From Monocercomonoides exilis PA203 (lineage: Eukaryota; Protista; Preaxostyla): a stretch of DNA of 64,000 nucleotides. The notes under the pieces are model-generated. The model searched no databases. It was not told the origin of the DNA and saw only the letters and a program-made list of their open reading frames with translations. This document shows positions 34,426 to 49,400 of this stretch, piece after piece. Positions within the stretch are counted from its first letter, which is position 1. Each line of letters starts with the position of its first letter. Made by a program: the position numbers and the translations under genes. Location of the stretch: NCBI GenBank assembly GCA_001643675.2, contig LSRY02000021.1:434001-498000 (forward strand), read 5' to 3'.

Positions 34426-37400
34426 TCAAAAACTAACTTTGTCCATTGAATAGTAAGATGACCCTTGTAGTTCAAAAGATACAGCAGTGGAATGATCAAC
34501 TCCATTGCAGAAACGCCTAGAAGACGTTGCACGTTCATCAGGAATTATTGAAAGAACGGATCGAAACGGGCGATAGAAGCCAGACAAAGTCACTGGAAAA
34601 CATAAAGCATGAAGAGATTGGATGGCACGAGCATCCAATACATCTCCATTGAGCAACTGAAACTGTCCTTTCCTATTTCGGAGGCATATGCACAACCGCA
34701 TGAAAGGGAGGCCACAAGAAGTGAGAGGCGTTCTTGAAAGTGACGGAGGAATAAAATCCTGCCGATCTGCTTCATTATAAGAAATAATAATCTTTGAAGG
34801 ATTGGGAACAGAAAAATCTAAAAAGGAATGAGTGGATGAAGAAGCTGTAATGTCATGTGAGGAGGAAAGAAGAGACGAAACAGCAGAGAACGAAGAGGCT
34901 TGCGAGAAACGACTCGACGACTTACTCGATGCCACCGCATGGAATGTGTTGTCGAGACTCGGATAATCCGTGCGCTGAATGCTTACACTCTTTTGATCAA
35001 AAGAAAGAGATTGAGGGCATAATAAATGCATTCCCCCGAAAAACAAGGCAAATAAATTTCGAAGTTTTATTGAAGATACAAGCTGTTCTGGAAGATCAGA
35101 GAGAGATCGGTAAGTGGAAGGAACAAGAATGATGTAAACATTGGCAGATGAAATAAGCTCATTTGACTCTTGCAAGTAACTGTTAGAGTATGTCATTTCA
35201 TTTTCGCAACAATTATCACAAAATCCATGCTTCCTTTTTGAATTTTCTATTATTTGATAATTGTCATGAAATAACTTATTTTGTTGACTTTCCTTTTCAT
35301 AAGAGCACTGTGAAAATTTCAAATTCAAAGGGTTGACACGAGAAGAAGGGAACAAAGAAGTTGCATTTGTTTCTGAACAAATTTTTGTCTGAGCAAAAGG
35401 TTGGAAAATATTATGATGCTTTTTTATAAAATGAGAGTCCACAGATTTTGGATTAGAGCTTGTGGAGTGTACAGCTTGATAGCTGTGCAATAGCTCTTGA
35501 CCGACTTGGATGGTATTGCTTGAAGTAACACTTTCAAATTTATGTATCACTTTCGATTGAAGTGGAAATGATTGTGATTTTTTGCGAGATTTAGTTGTAC
35601 TCAAAGCACATCTTGCATTTTCTTTCATCTTTTCAATTATTAATTTAAATTCTTGGCTGTTGAGTGCTTGAGTAATCTCTTTTTTGAGCTCGCATATAAA
35701 TGCTCCAAAAACTCGTATTTGAGGTGGCAGAATAACAGAAGGCTTTCTCATCACTTCTTCTCCATGAGCCAAAAATGAATTAACCGGAAGTGGATAGTTT
35801 GTAAGGTCTGCAAATCGATGCTCCACTGGCACGAACGAGAACAAGTTATGCAATTGATGGAAGCTCGCAATCATGTTATTTATCCATTGAAGGATAAACC
35901 TCACAGGAGAAGCGGACAAAATGTGTGAACTCTTATTTGTATGGTCTTGGGGCAGCACCAGCCACGATAAAGGCACTTGTCCGCAACTGAGAGAGATCCA
36001 ACTGGAGATAAAATGTCTTGAATTGGTCGTTGTGTTAAATGCAATTTCGGAATTAAATGGAGAGGATGTGAAATATTCAAAGTCTAAGTCAAATTTACTC
36101 TCATCAGGAATCTCCCCATCAAGCGAAAACTGATAATCTTGCTGGAAATGTGAAAAACTTAATGAAGAAGTTGATGACGTTCTGTTAACTTGGTTTATAA
36201 AATCAGGCATCAACAAAGGTGCGCTGCAAGCTCCTTCTTCAACAACAATTTTGCTATTTTCATCTTTTGTTGTTCGAAATGTAGGTAAAGAATTCAAAAA
36301 TTGATATAATTGCTTCAAGCAACAATTCTGAAGATTTGCTTCTCTGAGCATAGCAATAAACGTTGGTGGAATGTTTTTCTCTGTGATGCATGCAATCCCA
36401 GTGCATTGACAGAGCGAATTAATATCGAAGAGCAGAGGTGGAAGCAACGAAGTTATCTCTTCACAGATGCGCAAGACAATTGCTGGGTGATAGTAAGGCG
36501 TCGCTCCAACAGTAAATCTGCTGCGCTTTGCTGAGATAGTCATTGCAGTACTAACAGAGTTAATAGACATCATTTGCATTTTAGCTTGGTGCATGTTCCA
36601 TCTCCAAGCAAGATTCTCATTTTGCATGTCAATAAGATCTCCACTTGCGCTAAATAAAAGAGGAGAAAGAGCAATATTTGATCCAACAATAGATCCCAAA
36701 CAATATTCTACCAGAGATTTAACTTCTGTTTGACTACATTGCAAACTCTGGCAGGAATCATTTTCAAACCGAAAGTCAACTCTTTCAATTAGATGTCCCG
36801 CTTGAATGGCTCTGAGATATTGAGACAAATCAGTGAATCCATTATCCAAAACAGGATTTGGAACATCTGTAGTAATTGGCAACGATGTCTTTGAGACAAA
36901 TAATTGTGGATGCAAAAGAGTTGTACAAAGTGATTGGAAAACTGAATTCGGCATTGTTCCTAACAAGAATGGAAACACTCTTTCTCGGAGATTCTCATGT
37001 ATTCGCATCCATGCCCAATTCTCTGCCAAAGCATTCCTTTTGCGAAGAGAATCATTTCTTCTTGAATTAATCTTAAATTTTTGTGCTTGGATGTTCGTTA
37101 TAAGCTTGACTACATCTTTATGCGCTTTGTTTGGAATAGAGAATTTATGAAAGTGCAGCGTAGGGCCATACACTCGAAAATACTCAATAACAAGAGAAGT
37201 GAATGTGATAAGCGTAAATACTAAGTGGATTATTTGCTTATGAATGATTGAATTCAGATCTGCAGAAGAATCATAATGATGAGCTGTTCTTAAAATAATA
37301 TCTGATGATTTCTTACTGATGTTGCTCAGCAATGCACAACACAAATTGCCGCGGAATGTGCAAGGAGGACGAATTGACACACGCTGCACAACCATAGAAA

Positions 37401-40400
37401 CTGATAAGCTGAAATTATTGAGGCATGATAATTTTTTCTTATATTCCCGTTCTGGAAGAATGATCCACAAAATTCTATTCTTTGAATCGTCCACGTAATA
37501 CTCCTTTGTTGGGATATAGTTCTCTTCAATCCACTTTGAAAAATGACTTATAAAAATTGGAGTTGCCAAATGCAGATCCTCAATGACAATCCAACCACCT
37601 TCAGCGAGAAATTGATTTAAACTCTTTTCGGTGCATTCCCATGCAAGCTCCCAAAAACTCTCAAATGAAGCAATTTTCGAAGTTTGGATTTCAAGTATTT
37701 TCTTTGAATTGCGATACTGTTCAGAGATACGAATTACATTTGTTGATATTCCTTTTATCTCTCCCAGTGCACTTATATCCTTGGCAACTCTGTGTTCATC
37801 AATTGTGTCTGTGGATTTCAAGCTCTGAACAGCAAGTGAAATAATTCTGCCACTTGTTGCTGGCCTTCCATTAAATAATCTAACATAGCGATTTGCAAGC
37901 GGATCACTAGGCTTAATAATCTCCTCAAGCGAAGAGATTCCACAGTAGAAAAATGGACTCGGACGAAACGATTTCTCTGTCGCTAAGCCCATAAAATTTC
38001 TGCCTCTGGCTACTGGGAGAAGAGAGGAATAATAGGCTGTGCCACAACCAGTGAACTGCTGTGTTGATATAGCCAGCTTTGCAGCTTGACGGAAGCGAGA
38101 AGGAAGAATAACTGATATCAGCAAAGCACGCTGGAATCTGTTCAATGATAACATTTGCTTGTTGGGAAACTCCTCAAGTTCAGGGCACTTATTAAAAAAC
38201 CATTCTCCCCATTTCCTCTGCGAATTTGTGAAAAATACAGAAGTAGCTCGAGTTTGCGAAGAAGTTGTTGCAGATCTGCAATTTGGAATAGAACGAAGAT
38301 CAGCCAACGAGAGTATGCTGGAGCTTAATAAATCGGATGATGAATCACTTTGCCTTGAAGATGGATTGGACATTTCTTTAGTCATTTCATCAGTAATTGA
38401 GTTTGACATTAGAAATGAATTCAATAGTTTAAATTCCATTCGTCCAGCAAATCGATCAAAAGATGTGTCTTCATTTCTTTCTTCGTATGCTTGTCTTTTC
38501 ATGTTCTGATGCTTTTCCATTAATTCTTTTGGAGTCTGTGCAGACTGGAAAAAGCTTTCTTTTATGTGTTGCAAACGTTGAAATTCATCATTCGAATAAT
38601 TCATGTCTTTCTGAGAAATAATTTCAAACGGTGCTTTGTGCGGAAACAATCTTGACATTACTCTCTGCCCAACATCCACTTGAATCTGAGGCAGTGGAAA
38701 AGGAGAAAAAAAAGTCATCTTTCTGAGATCGTCTTTATTCAATGATTGAGAAGATTCATCAATTTCTTTTGCTTTGCTGATGCCTTCAAGTTTATTTGAT
38801 TCCAGTATTTCCTGAACAATATTTTTAACCTCATCAAAGCTGTGTATGGGCAATTTTGATCTTCTCATAACCTTCAGCATAACAGAATGATGCACGTTCG
38901 TCTCAAGAGGCAAGCTGTCAATTTGAGCAAATGCACTTGCAGAGTTCTGATCAAGATCAATCACCATCGGACGAAAAGCAGGACAGATGGCAGCAAGAAC
39001 AAATAGGTTTTTCCAAGTTATGCCAGGAAGCCAGGATGGGACAGGATTCTGTGGAATGAGTCCAGCAGTTTGTAGAACTGCTGTTTCAACAGGGAAATGA
39101 AGTTGGATAATTTCTGTGAAGAGAACATTCTGAGGCTGGTAATTAGTCGTACTATCTGGAACATGGATAGGATGTGGGGGGATGTCGTGCAGAACAAGAA
39201 TTTGCGGATAATACAAAGCATTAAGTTCAACAGGAGTCAATCCTTCATGTGCTTCACTTGACATTCTGATTGAAATATACAAGAAAAATGTAATAACATC
39301 CGTTTCGCTTGTAGATGAAAGAAGGAATTTTCCAAACAGAGCATCTAAAGAAACACGAATTATTCGTGATCTCAATTGTGATTTTATTCCAATGGATGAT
39401 AAATTTGGATCGCTTCGAATTTGCGTCTCGATGAATGCTTGCATCAGCTTCAGTTCCAATTCTTCGTTTGTGTAAGCTTGTTTATTAACACAGTTTCTTA
39501 TCAACGAATAATCAATTAACGATACAGGATTAACATCGGCACGAACAGTTGAAGACAAATACGATTGCTGTTCAGATCGATTGAAGTCGTTCATTTCTCG
39601 ATGCTCAGTGTCACTGTTGCGATACCCATCCTTAAATGAACTTCCGGGAAAGCAACCAGTCAAATGATTTGACTCCTTAGAAAATGAACTAGGAGATGCT
39701 ATTTCAACATTTTTTGCTACTATCTGCTGTGAAGAATCACATTGTTGATGACTAGATGAACAATAATTTTCTATTTTCGTCATATTCTCCTCTGTTGATG
39801 ATGCCTTGCAATCATCTCTCTCCTCAAGTGTAACATCCTCAACAACTGCCATTAAATGGCCAACCAAATAGTGATAGCTGCTGGCCCGCCAAAGATGTGG
39901 AGAGTTCATAGAAAAAGGATATCCTCGCGTTCGAAGCCACGAGTAGCAGACCATTGCGAGTGGATCGATGATTGGCCTGATTTGTTGTATTTCCCATATG
40001 AAGCAAAAACCGAGCCATTCCAGTGAATTTTGAAGTGCAATTTCTTTTGCTTTCCATGCATCACTCATCATTTTGACATCTTTGTAGATTTCAAGAAAAC
40101 TCTTTTCCTCAGACTCATCATAATTCATCAGTTGCACAATCAGCGATGCAGAAACGCGTCTCACTCTTGGAATTATTGACTGTTTGCTCTGAGAACATCC
40201 ATTCTGTAGTATTTTTCCGAAATCATTACTCATCCCTGAAAGAATGCTTATCTCTTCCGAAGCATGACGTTTGTATTTTTCTTCAGAAGGAAGTTCCAAT
40301 GATGAAGAAAAAGAGTTCACTGGAAGATTATCATTGCAAGACATTTTGATATTTGAAAAAGATTTCTTAGAATTCTCAAGCATTGGAACTTGCTTATTTT

Positions 40401-43400
40401 TTTCATGAAAAATTTGAAAGCGATCTTTTTGATCATTTTTTCCGAAACCTGCTTCAAATATGGGCAATGAAAATGAGATAGATTGTGCTTGCTTTAAGGA
40501 AGATGTATCAGAAGGAAACGAAGATATGGAATTATATGCCCTTGTAATATTTGTTGTCAACGTGTTATCAATTGCTTCTTCATGAAATTTGGCTTCAGAA
40601 AGAGATGAAGGAAAATGCTCTGATGAAACAGTTTGCTGCAGAGATGTAACAGAATCTATTCTCGTATATGATATTGTTGCAGCCAACTGCTGTTGAATAT
40701 CAATTGAAGCATTTGAAGGAGCAATCTGCGTTGCACATGATTCCTCTTCAGGTGTTTTGGAAAAGAAAACCAGCTTTATTTCATTCAAAATATCTCCGTG
40801 AAACATCCTTTCATTAATTAGAGAGCAGCTCATAATCTGCTGACAAATATAACGAATAAGTGAGTTTCGTGTTGATAGCCTTTCATATTCCTTCAAATAA
40901 GCTGTTTTCACAGACGGACATATTGATTGAATAGAGGAATTGAGACGAGACGCAGCCGAAGTTGCTTTGAGCTTTCTGAACACAACATTACCAACGTGAG
41001 GGGACAATGTCAACCTCACCATTTCTTCAGATGGACACACATTGATTGGTAATGTCAGGTTTGTCCATCGCCCGGAGAATGCATCCTTCTCGTCTATCTT
41101 TGCTATGAGCAATATATCCAAGTCTCCTGGAAGGATCATTGGAGGAAGGAAAGATGCACTATTCAAAAAAGCTGTGTCCTCTGTAGGAAGAGAGAGATAA
41201 AATGGAAATTGATCGAAATACAGAGAAGCTTTTATATTCTTAAACTGTTTGGGGTCAGAATAAATACTCTGTAAATGGAATGGTGCGAGTTTTGAAAAGC
41301 AATATTGCATCAGAGCCAAAAATATTCGATCGTCAATTGTTTCATCATTGACATCGCGAAGAATGATGCATTTCCTCCCTTTGAAAGGCAAGGGATTTGA
41401 TTTGATTAAATTTTGATATTTTTCAGCAATATCTTCCGCTTCAATTTTTTGACTGCATTCATTTACAGTCCTCATCCGTTGAAAACTCTTATTCATTTCT
41501 GAACTTGGAAAATATGACATAAACGTGTTCGTTTTCCGAGAGGCATCTTCCTGCGTATTTGAAGTTTCAATAGCTACCTTCAAAACTGTATTTGATTCTT
41601 GTTTCATCCTCAAAGAAAGGTCAGCAGCGATTAAACGAAAAGCATGAAGAAACTTAGAGTAAGCATTCGGGTCAAGGAGTGAAATCACAAATGGAGAATC
41701 AAGCGGATCAGATATATTATAAAGTGAAAACAGGTTATTTTCAATTGATACATGTCTGTAACTTAAAAGAGGTGTTATAACTTTGAATTGGTCATAGATG
41801 AGAGGGCAGCGAGCGAAAATGGGAGTCGCTTTACGGACTGGATTGCTGAACATTTCGCGCAAAACTGGAGAGCTTTTGGAGAAGTTGAAATTGATCAAAG
41901 AACAAAAATATCCAGTTGCAATTAGAATGCTGGTGAAGATATTACTCATCATGCGACTGGAACCGCAAAAGTTATACATCTGTGATTTTTGGGTAAATGG
42001 CGAATGAGAAAAAGGAAACGAGTTTGCTGAATATGAAGAAAAAGCAGAAGATTTTTCTTGTTCATGCATTGCTGAATCGCTGATTTGCTTTGGTTCCTCA
42101 TTTTTTGAAAAGATATTCTGAGAGGATTGATTTATTCTGTTGTCAAACTTTTCTTCTAAACGAATCGGATCATTCCGAAATGCATTCAAAAGAATATAAT
42201 TTCCTTGAAGGGGCGTCTGTTGCGAAGATTTCGTAGATTTCCATTTTATGAAGTCAGAGGAAATAGATGAGCTTATCTGATTACCTGTTCTTGAATACAG
42301 TGTGGTTGCACCATGATAGCAGTCTACAAAATGAGAAAGAACAGGTAGATTTTTATCTACAGTCTCAGAAGACACTGACAAAGACCACAGCTGCTGCTCA
42401 TGAAGAATTGATACAAAAGAACGAATCTTAAAGTTGCGCGGAGAAGAATCAGAAGAAGCAGCACTTTTACTGAAAGAAGTCGTTTTCTTTGTATTTTTGC
42501 ATTGCACAGTTGTTTCTCTCCAATCTTCATCAAATTGATCTGAGCATTTGGTTGTTGGAGCAGAAGATAATGGAAAATCTCGTGTACTCTCAGAAATTTG
42601 TGAAGTATTCCTCTGTTTTTTTGTCTCTTCGCTGCTGCTGGAAAACTTATCAGACATATCTGAATCACTATCTTCATCATTCGAGCCAAATGCGTTAAAA
42701 ATGGAATTCACGCTTGATTCATCAAGCATTTCAAAAGATGATCGAATTATAAATAATAACGGATCAGGGTGTTCTGATAGAGTAATATGATTCTTTTTTA
42801 TCTCAGGAATAACAAAATCCATCATCAGCGTCCTTTTCATTTCTGAATTGAAGCGATTCATAAGAACAAAAGAAGAAAAGCAAATAACTGCATCACCAAA
42901 AAGAGTGTTGATTGAAGAGTGTGCTATTGAAAGATCAACACGAAGATTTGCAATTAGTTGATTCAGCGAATACACAAATTCCATCAGACGATTTCGCAAA
43001 TTATTTCCTCGCTGAAGAGAATATTCAAGTGAATACGGGTTGTGGTGCATGGAATTTAGATGCTGTTGCGTCTGCCTTTTCTCTTCATCAAGCTTGGAAG
43101 TTATTTTCTTCAAGTTTTCCTTTCGAATGCCCAATCGAATGAGTTTGTAGTTGTAATTGAATTGCATTCGTTGTGTTTCATTGAATGTGGATGAAAGAAT
43201 AACTGCATTGCACAAGCTGATCGTCCATTTGTACAAAATTCGAAATATCTGCGGGATCATCGGAAGTTGATGGTAATCAACTTCTGTCTTCATCCTGAAA
43301 GAGATGCTTTGTGCTGTTCTTAAACTGATAGATGTTGGATCAACGTTCCACAGCATTTGAACAACTTCCATCGAAGACATATCTTGTGAACTGAAAAACT

Positions 43401-46400
43401 TACCAGAATCCTTCAAACAGAACTCGCTGCATAAATTTAGTAGGCGTCTGAAGTTCTTATTTTCATTCAAGAGCGGCTTACTGGATGCTAATTGAGATGA
43501 AGTTATTTTGAGCAGCAATTTCATTGTGTTTCTAATTGCTTCTGTAACCGTTTGAATATCAGATGATGGAAATGAACGAAATTCCTGCAAGAGCCGTTTG
43601 AAGTTGCGCCTTTCTCTTTTTGTCAATTCCATTTGCGTTTTTGCAGACTCCATTGTTTGATCAATAAGTCGAACTCTTTCTGCGAGGATCTCCTCAGCTT
43701 CAGCTCCCAATAGAAGAGTTTGCATCTGAATGAGCTGCTGATTGAGTGCTTGAGTATATGCTCGAAGCTGCTCCAATTTGTAGATAGCTGATTCACATGT
43801 TGATATTCTTTCCTGATGGCTCCGAACACCAAACACAAGAGCATTGCCAAACGATTCAAGGTATTCAACATAATTGGAATAAGAGAAGCTGTTTATGTAA
43901 AACGAACCTGCAAGAGGATCAGGCCCAGAAAAACCCCATGTTGATCGTTTTGACACTGCTTGCTTTGTTAAGAGCGAAGAAATATGAGCAATCTTTGCAA
44001 AGATTGAAGCAAGTCTTGATCTAATGCTTGCTGTTCGGCTAAATTCTGAGCTTAACAAATCAATGGATTCCGAAAGCAAATAACCTGATGCTTCCCTCAA
44101 TTTATGTTGCAATGTGCTGATCTGATTATGTGTGCTTATTTTTCTTTCTTTCATCCCCCCAGAAGAGTTTTGGGTGAGAGGCAATGAATTTGACTTTTCA
44201 GAATCAGAAACAGATGAAAGAGATATTTGATATCTGCGCTCTTCTTGAACAAGTGTTGGTACGATTAGAGAGAAATATGGATTGAGAACATTCAAGGCGA
44301 TATTGGCTAAAGTGTCTCGATCTAATTCTCTTGAGATTATTGTGTAAGACTTTTTCTTAATGAACGTGAGGTGTTGTGAAACATTGCTTTCATTATTCAT
44401 CTTAACTCGTATTATCAGCTTTGTTGAACAACGAAGATGTTCAAGCAATACGCTAACGTCACATCCTCGAATTGTTTCCAATCCATTCATTTGCAACATG
44501 TACGCTACGCGACCAAGAAAATATGCTTCACACGATCTGTTATCATCAACTTTGTATGTTAATGCTTCTTGAGGAGAAATCGGCTTTATGGGTTCATCCA
44601 TGATGCTCCGCCGCAGTTGATCTTCAACAAATATGATGTTCAAAATATCGACGCAGCGACATGTGTCTTTGTCTGTGTTTCCTACAGTCACAACAAGTAT
44701 TGCTTTCACACTCGATGCAGGGGTGGTAGGACTTGGCGTGTATATGCGATCTTGAGATGATTGAGAGGAAACTTCTGAAAGAGAAAGTTGACTTGCAGAT
44801 AAAGGTGGAAAGTACATGAAGCTTGAAGATGATGCAGTCAATTGAGGGGTTAACACTGGCGGAGCAATTGGAAAGTGAGATGAGGGAGTTGTGGGTGTTG
44901 TTGGGGAATATGGCATTGATTGCAACTGATTAAGAGAAATCGATTTCGAAATATCAATTAATGAAGAAGTTGAACGTGTGAGAGGAATAGCAGGATTTGA
45001 AAGAGTTGTAGAAAACACAAGAGAACAAGTTGAAGACATCAAAGAAAAAGAAGGAACAGTGTTAAGATGCGGCTGTGTTTCAGATGCAGAAGATTCAGAC
45101 AATTGGAGAGAAGATGTTGAATACTCAGAACTCAAATTATCTGAAGAACAAGAAGAAAGCTGTTCTTTTGACATCGTAAATGAATCATTAAAACAATCAA
45201 TCCCTCTTCTCACCACAAACGCCGCAAGATCATCCAGGAAATGCTTAACCCTGCTATTATTTATTGGAAATTGAACGTCTGTCAACGACACGGACAACAA
45301 CTTTGCAGCAGCAGCAAGAATTGTAGCATTATCAGTACACTCGCTATCAATTGCTTTGATTGGAACTCTGGCTTCTGATATCGTCTCCACAAATTTGAGG
45401 AAAAATTCGGCAAATGGAGGAGATTTGCATAATTGGACGATGCAGTAGTAACAGTATTGATCTTGCGGAAGAATTTTCTCGTTTGCATTGAACAGCTTAC
45501 TCTGCAGGAATTCCGAGATATTTATCTTTGAAGTGTCAATTAGCATCGGGCGATGCCGTGCTTTATCAGTGATAACTTCAAAGAAAGTTCCATTGAGAGT
45601 TGTGGAATCAATGGTGAGCCTTGGCCGAGGAACAGGCAACGGATTACTACCATCTGAAAAGAAAACATACCTGGCATCATCAATAACACGGTTAACAAAA
45701 GTCGACAGTCTGCTTGTTCGCTGAGGAAGCACATACGCCCTTTCACATTCCCATTTCCACAAAGAAACAATGGAGCTGTATGAATGAAATATCCTCGTGG
45801 ATGCATTGGTGATTGCACGCAAAACAGAAATATATGCTAACATTGAAGGAATAACCTGCCCATGCTTCTCATTAATCACACGTAAATGAATGTACATAAC
45901 AGCAGGGACAATGTTGGAAAACATAATCATTTTTCTTTTTTGAAAAGTGCGATCTTTTTTTGGTAAAGATGAACGAGTAATCGGATCAGAAAAGTTTGTT
46001 GCAGCAGTGGAGTGGTGAGCTCCAGATAAAGGACTCATCTGCCAAATGTGTTGCGCGATACGTATGTAATCAAAGCAGCTTGCTTTGTGAAATTGAAAAA
46101 TTGAAAAAGCATTGGATGTTTTGACATTTGTTTCAAAGGCAAAAAATAGATCTTCTGGAACAACAAACAGGGTTGGATTAAGTTTGAGGTATTTTCTCTC
46201 CATAAAGTTTTCGTCAATAATCCTTCGTCGAGGAATTAGATGCTGAAGGGCCTCAATTACTGCTGATGGCTCAACTTTTGCTGGTGCAGTATCTATCACT
46301 GATCTGTCATCAAGACAGTAAATAATTGACGTTCGCAACGGACACCTCGAGACAGCGATTGGAGGAGAATAACTGTTACAGTCGGATGAAATATCAAATA

Positions 46401-49400
46401 GGTACGAAATATCTGCTGTTGTGGAAGGAAGAAACATACGGTGTGGCCAATGCTCAACACATTTGCAACGACAGAGAGCTGCAGACGTTGAACATATCGT
46501 CTCTTTAAAAACTGTTGACATCATGCATCCAATGACATAAGCAATGGAAACCTCATCCACATCTTCGTCATTCAACAGAATTGAAATTTGTCCAGTGCAC
46601 ACAAGAAGTGAAACTGCTCTCACCATGTTTAAATAAGGTGTATATGTGGAAATAATGGGTGAGATTCTCTCGCAAGAAGGAAGAAATGAAACCACACTAT
46701 GAGAAGGCTGAAGATCGCAGCTCAGCACCATGATCTTATCAACCGAATCTGGGAAATAGTCGAACACTGTTCCAGTATCTCCAAATTTCACTTCATTTTC
46801 GAACTCTTTACGAAACCATTTATCGAAACAGTCGGAATTGATCTCTTTTGAAAGAGAAGAAGAAGAGCTTTCAGCAGAAATTCCATTTTTTTCTTGATTA
46901 CCAAATGATGTAAGAACAGGATCAACATCGCAAAGCCTACTCAGAGAAGAATATGGAGATGCATTTGTTCCATAGTTCGAATAAGAAGGAATGAAAAGCG
47001 GATTGGTTTCATTCCATTTTTTGTACCAATTTGCGAATGAAACAATTGAAGGGTAACATGTTGTAAGCTGTCCAGCAGTACCCCAAATAACAGAATAGAT
47101 TATATAAATCCTGAGTATATCCATATCTAGATGTATTTTAATGTATTTGTTATGTAGTTTTATCAATGCGCTCAGAAGCTTTATCGTTGTTGTTGCGAGC
47201 GTAGCAACAGGTACTCTTGCTGTGGCTGAGTGAACACATGAATAACCAGATAAGTTGAGAAACAAAATGCACTTTCGAAATATGAAACGCAGAAGCAGAA
47301 TACTTGCTTGCAGATAATCGGTTGGCACATCATCAACCATTTCTCTTGCCCATGAATCAAACGACCAATTGATGAGCACATGACTCGGAAATTGGATAGG
47401 CATAACAGGCCCAGACGAATAGAATGCAAAAGGAAGCATTGTTACAGGCACACGAGATTCAAAGATCAGCTTCGAACCAGAAGGGAGGCGTATTCGTTCT
47501 AAATGAGAAAAGTTGATTTCCAAGCAGCTACCTTCGGGTTGGATGTAGCAGCAGAACTGCCTCCGCATGAAGTCTCGAAACGAGTAAATCTGATTTGATT
47601 CGTTTATTTGAACAAGCACCCAAATCGGTCTTTCATCTGTACTATCATTTAAAGAGATATGAATCGTGCTATCACCTAATTTTAGCTTTGAAGGAGTCAA
47701 CTGGGACAAATCGCTTATCTTCTCGCTCCCTGCAAAACGTGGCCGCAAATGACTGTCCTTATCTGTGCTTATTCTTTCACTTCCCCGATGTTTGGTATTA
47801 CTTTCTGAACTTTTCTTATTAGCCAATGTGTGCCTCATCATATTAACAATGATCTTGCTGCGCTCTTTCTCATTGAATCCAGCATCGTTTGAAAGCAGCT
47901 TGGTCATCCACGGATAGAGTCGTAATATATGTGGTTTCTTACCATATTTAATTTTGTAAAGTTTGCGCACAACACGCAAGCAAGCTGTCTTTCCGGATCC
48001 TGTTGGCCCGCTCACAATCACTGTCCAATTCTGTTGAATGATGTGGAACAAATCCCAACATTTCGTAAGAAAAGATGAATCAGCTGAATAATTGAATTCA
48101 GCAACAACTGCACGGATGATCGAATTCTTTGAAAGAGAATTTGTTAAAGAAGGGTTGAGAAAAGATGGTGGGAGGGTGAAAGTCTTGCACAAATAAGGGA
48201 AAAAAGGGACAGAATCAAACTTTAACCGATTTTGAAGCTCAACAGCAATAGACATTGAAGAAGATGAAAACAGAACATTAGGGAAAACTGTGCTGATTGT
48301 TTCGTGCAATGTCTCAATCAATGGTGGAAGAGAAGATTTAGCCTCATCAGTCATTGGAATAGATGTGTGAACAGGATCAATTAAAGACAAAGGAACGAGT
48401 TGCTCGTAAATCATATCAATGTACTTTTTTAATACCACTGAACATGAGGTATCTTCCAACTGTATACACAAATTATTCGTACTCGAGTCTCTGAAATATG
48501 GCTTTCCAAACAAAGCCTGAGCAGAAACATTTGGATCCGTTTGACTTTGCGAAACAAACTCTATTAAACCTCTCAATGTTGATCCAGCAGACGATGCGAA
48601 ATCTGCAAGAAACCAAAAATTGTTAAAAAGCTTAGCAGCCTGATAATTTGATCTGATAAACTCGTAAGATAAATTTTGACTGATAGACATGAACACTTCT
48701 TGAATCTTGCGACTCAGTTCAGATGAATGCGTAAATCCTTGAGAGCAAAGATAGAAGGACAGAAGATCTTGTATCGATGGCGGCTGAATGGCCACAACTC
48801 TAAATGCTCTATCCAACGCATCAGGAAGACGTCCATCAAACTCTCCATCAAATGTGTATATTGCAAAAACAGCCCAATTTGATAGCGGAAGAGGAACAAT
48901 TGTCATCAAACCATCAAGAACAAGAGATGCACTTCCATCAGCTGAATCAGCATATTCGTTCCTCCATTTCCGAATTTGGACCAAAAAATCAACAAGCGAA
49001 TGCATCACAATTGGTGAAAGTAAATCAATTGATTCAAACAAGATCCAGTGAAAATCAACAGTTGATGCAATAATAAATTGTTTGATTTGATCTATTTCAA
49101 CCCTCGGTGTGCATTGAAATACATATAAGTTCTTGCCATTTGAATGTGCAACGTCATTCAACATAAATTTTGCAAGAACAACATGTGATTCTTCAACTGC
49201 AAGCATAGGGCCACTAATATGAGCGTGATGCAGATTTGCATCAATCACACTTAAAGTGAGAGCACGATATGTGCTTTTTAATGTGGTATTGTATGGAAAA
49301 TTTGGGAATACATCAGTTGATGGAATCCATTCATATCCATATAATAGCATTTGATTATCTTCCATTTGATCCAACGAAGTATCACTTTGATAATGATTGT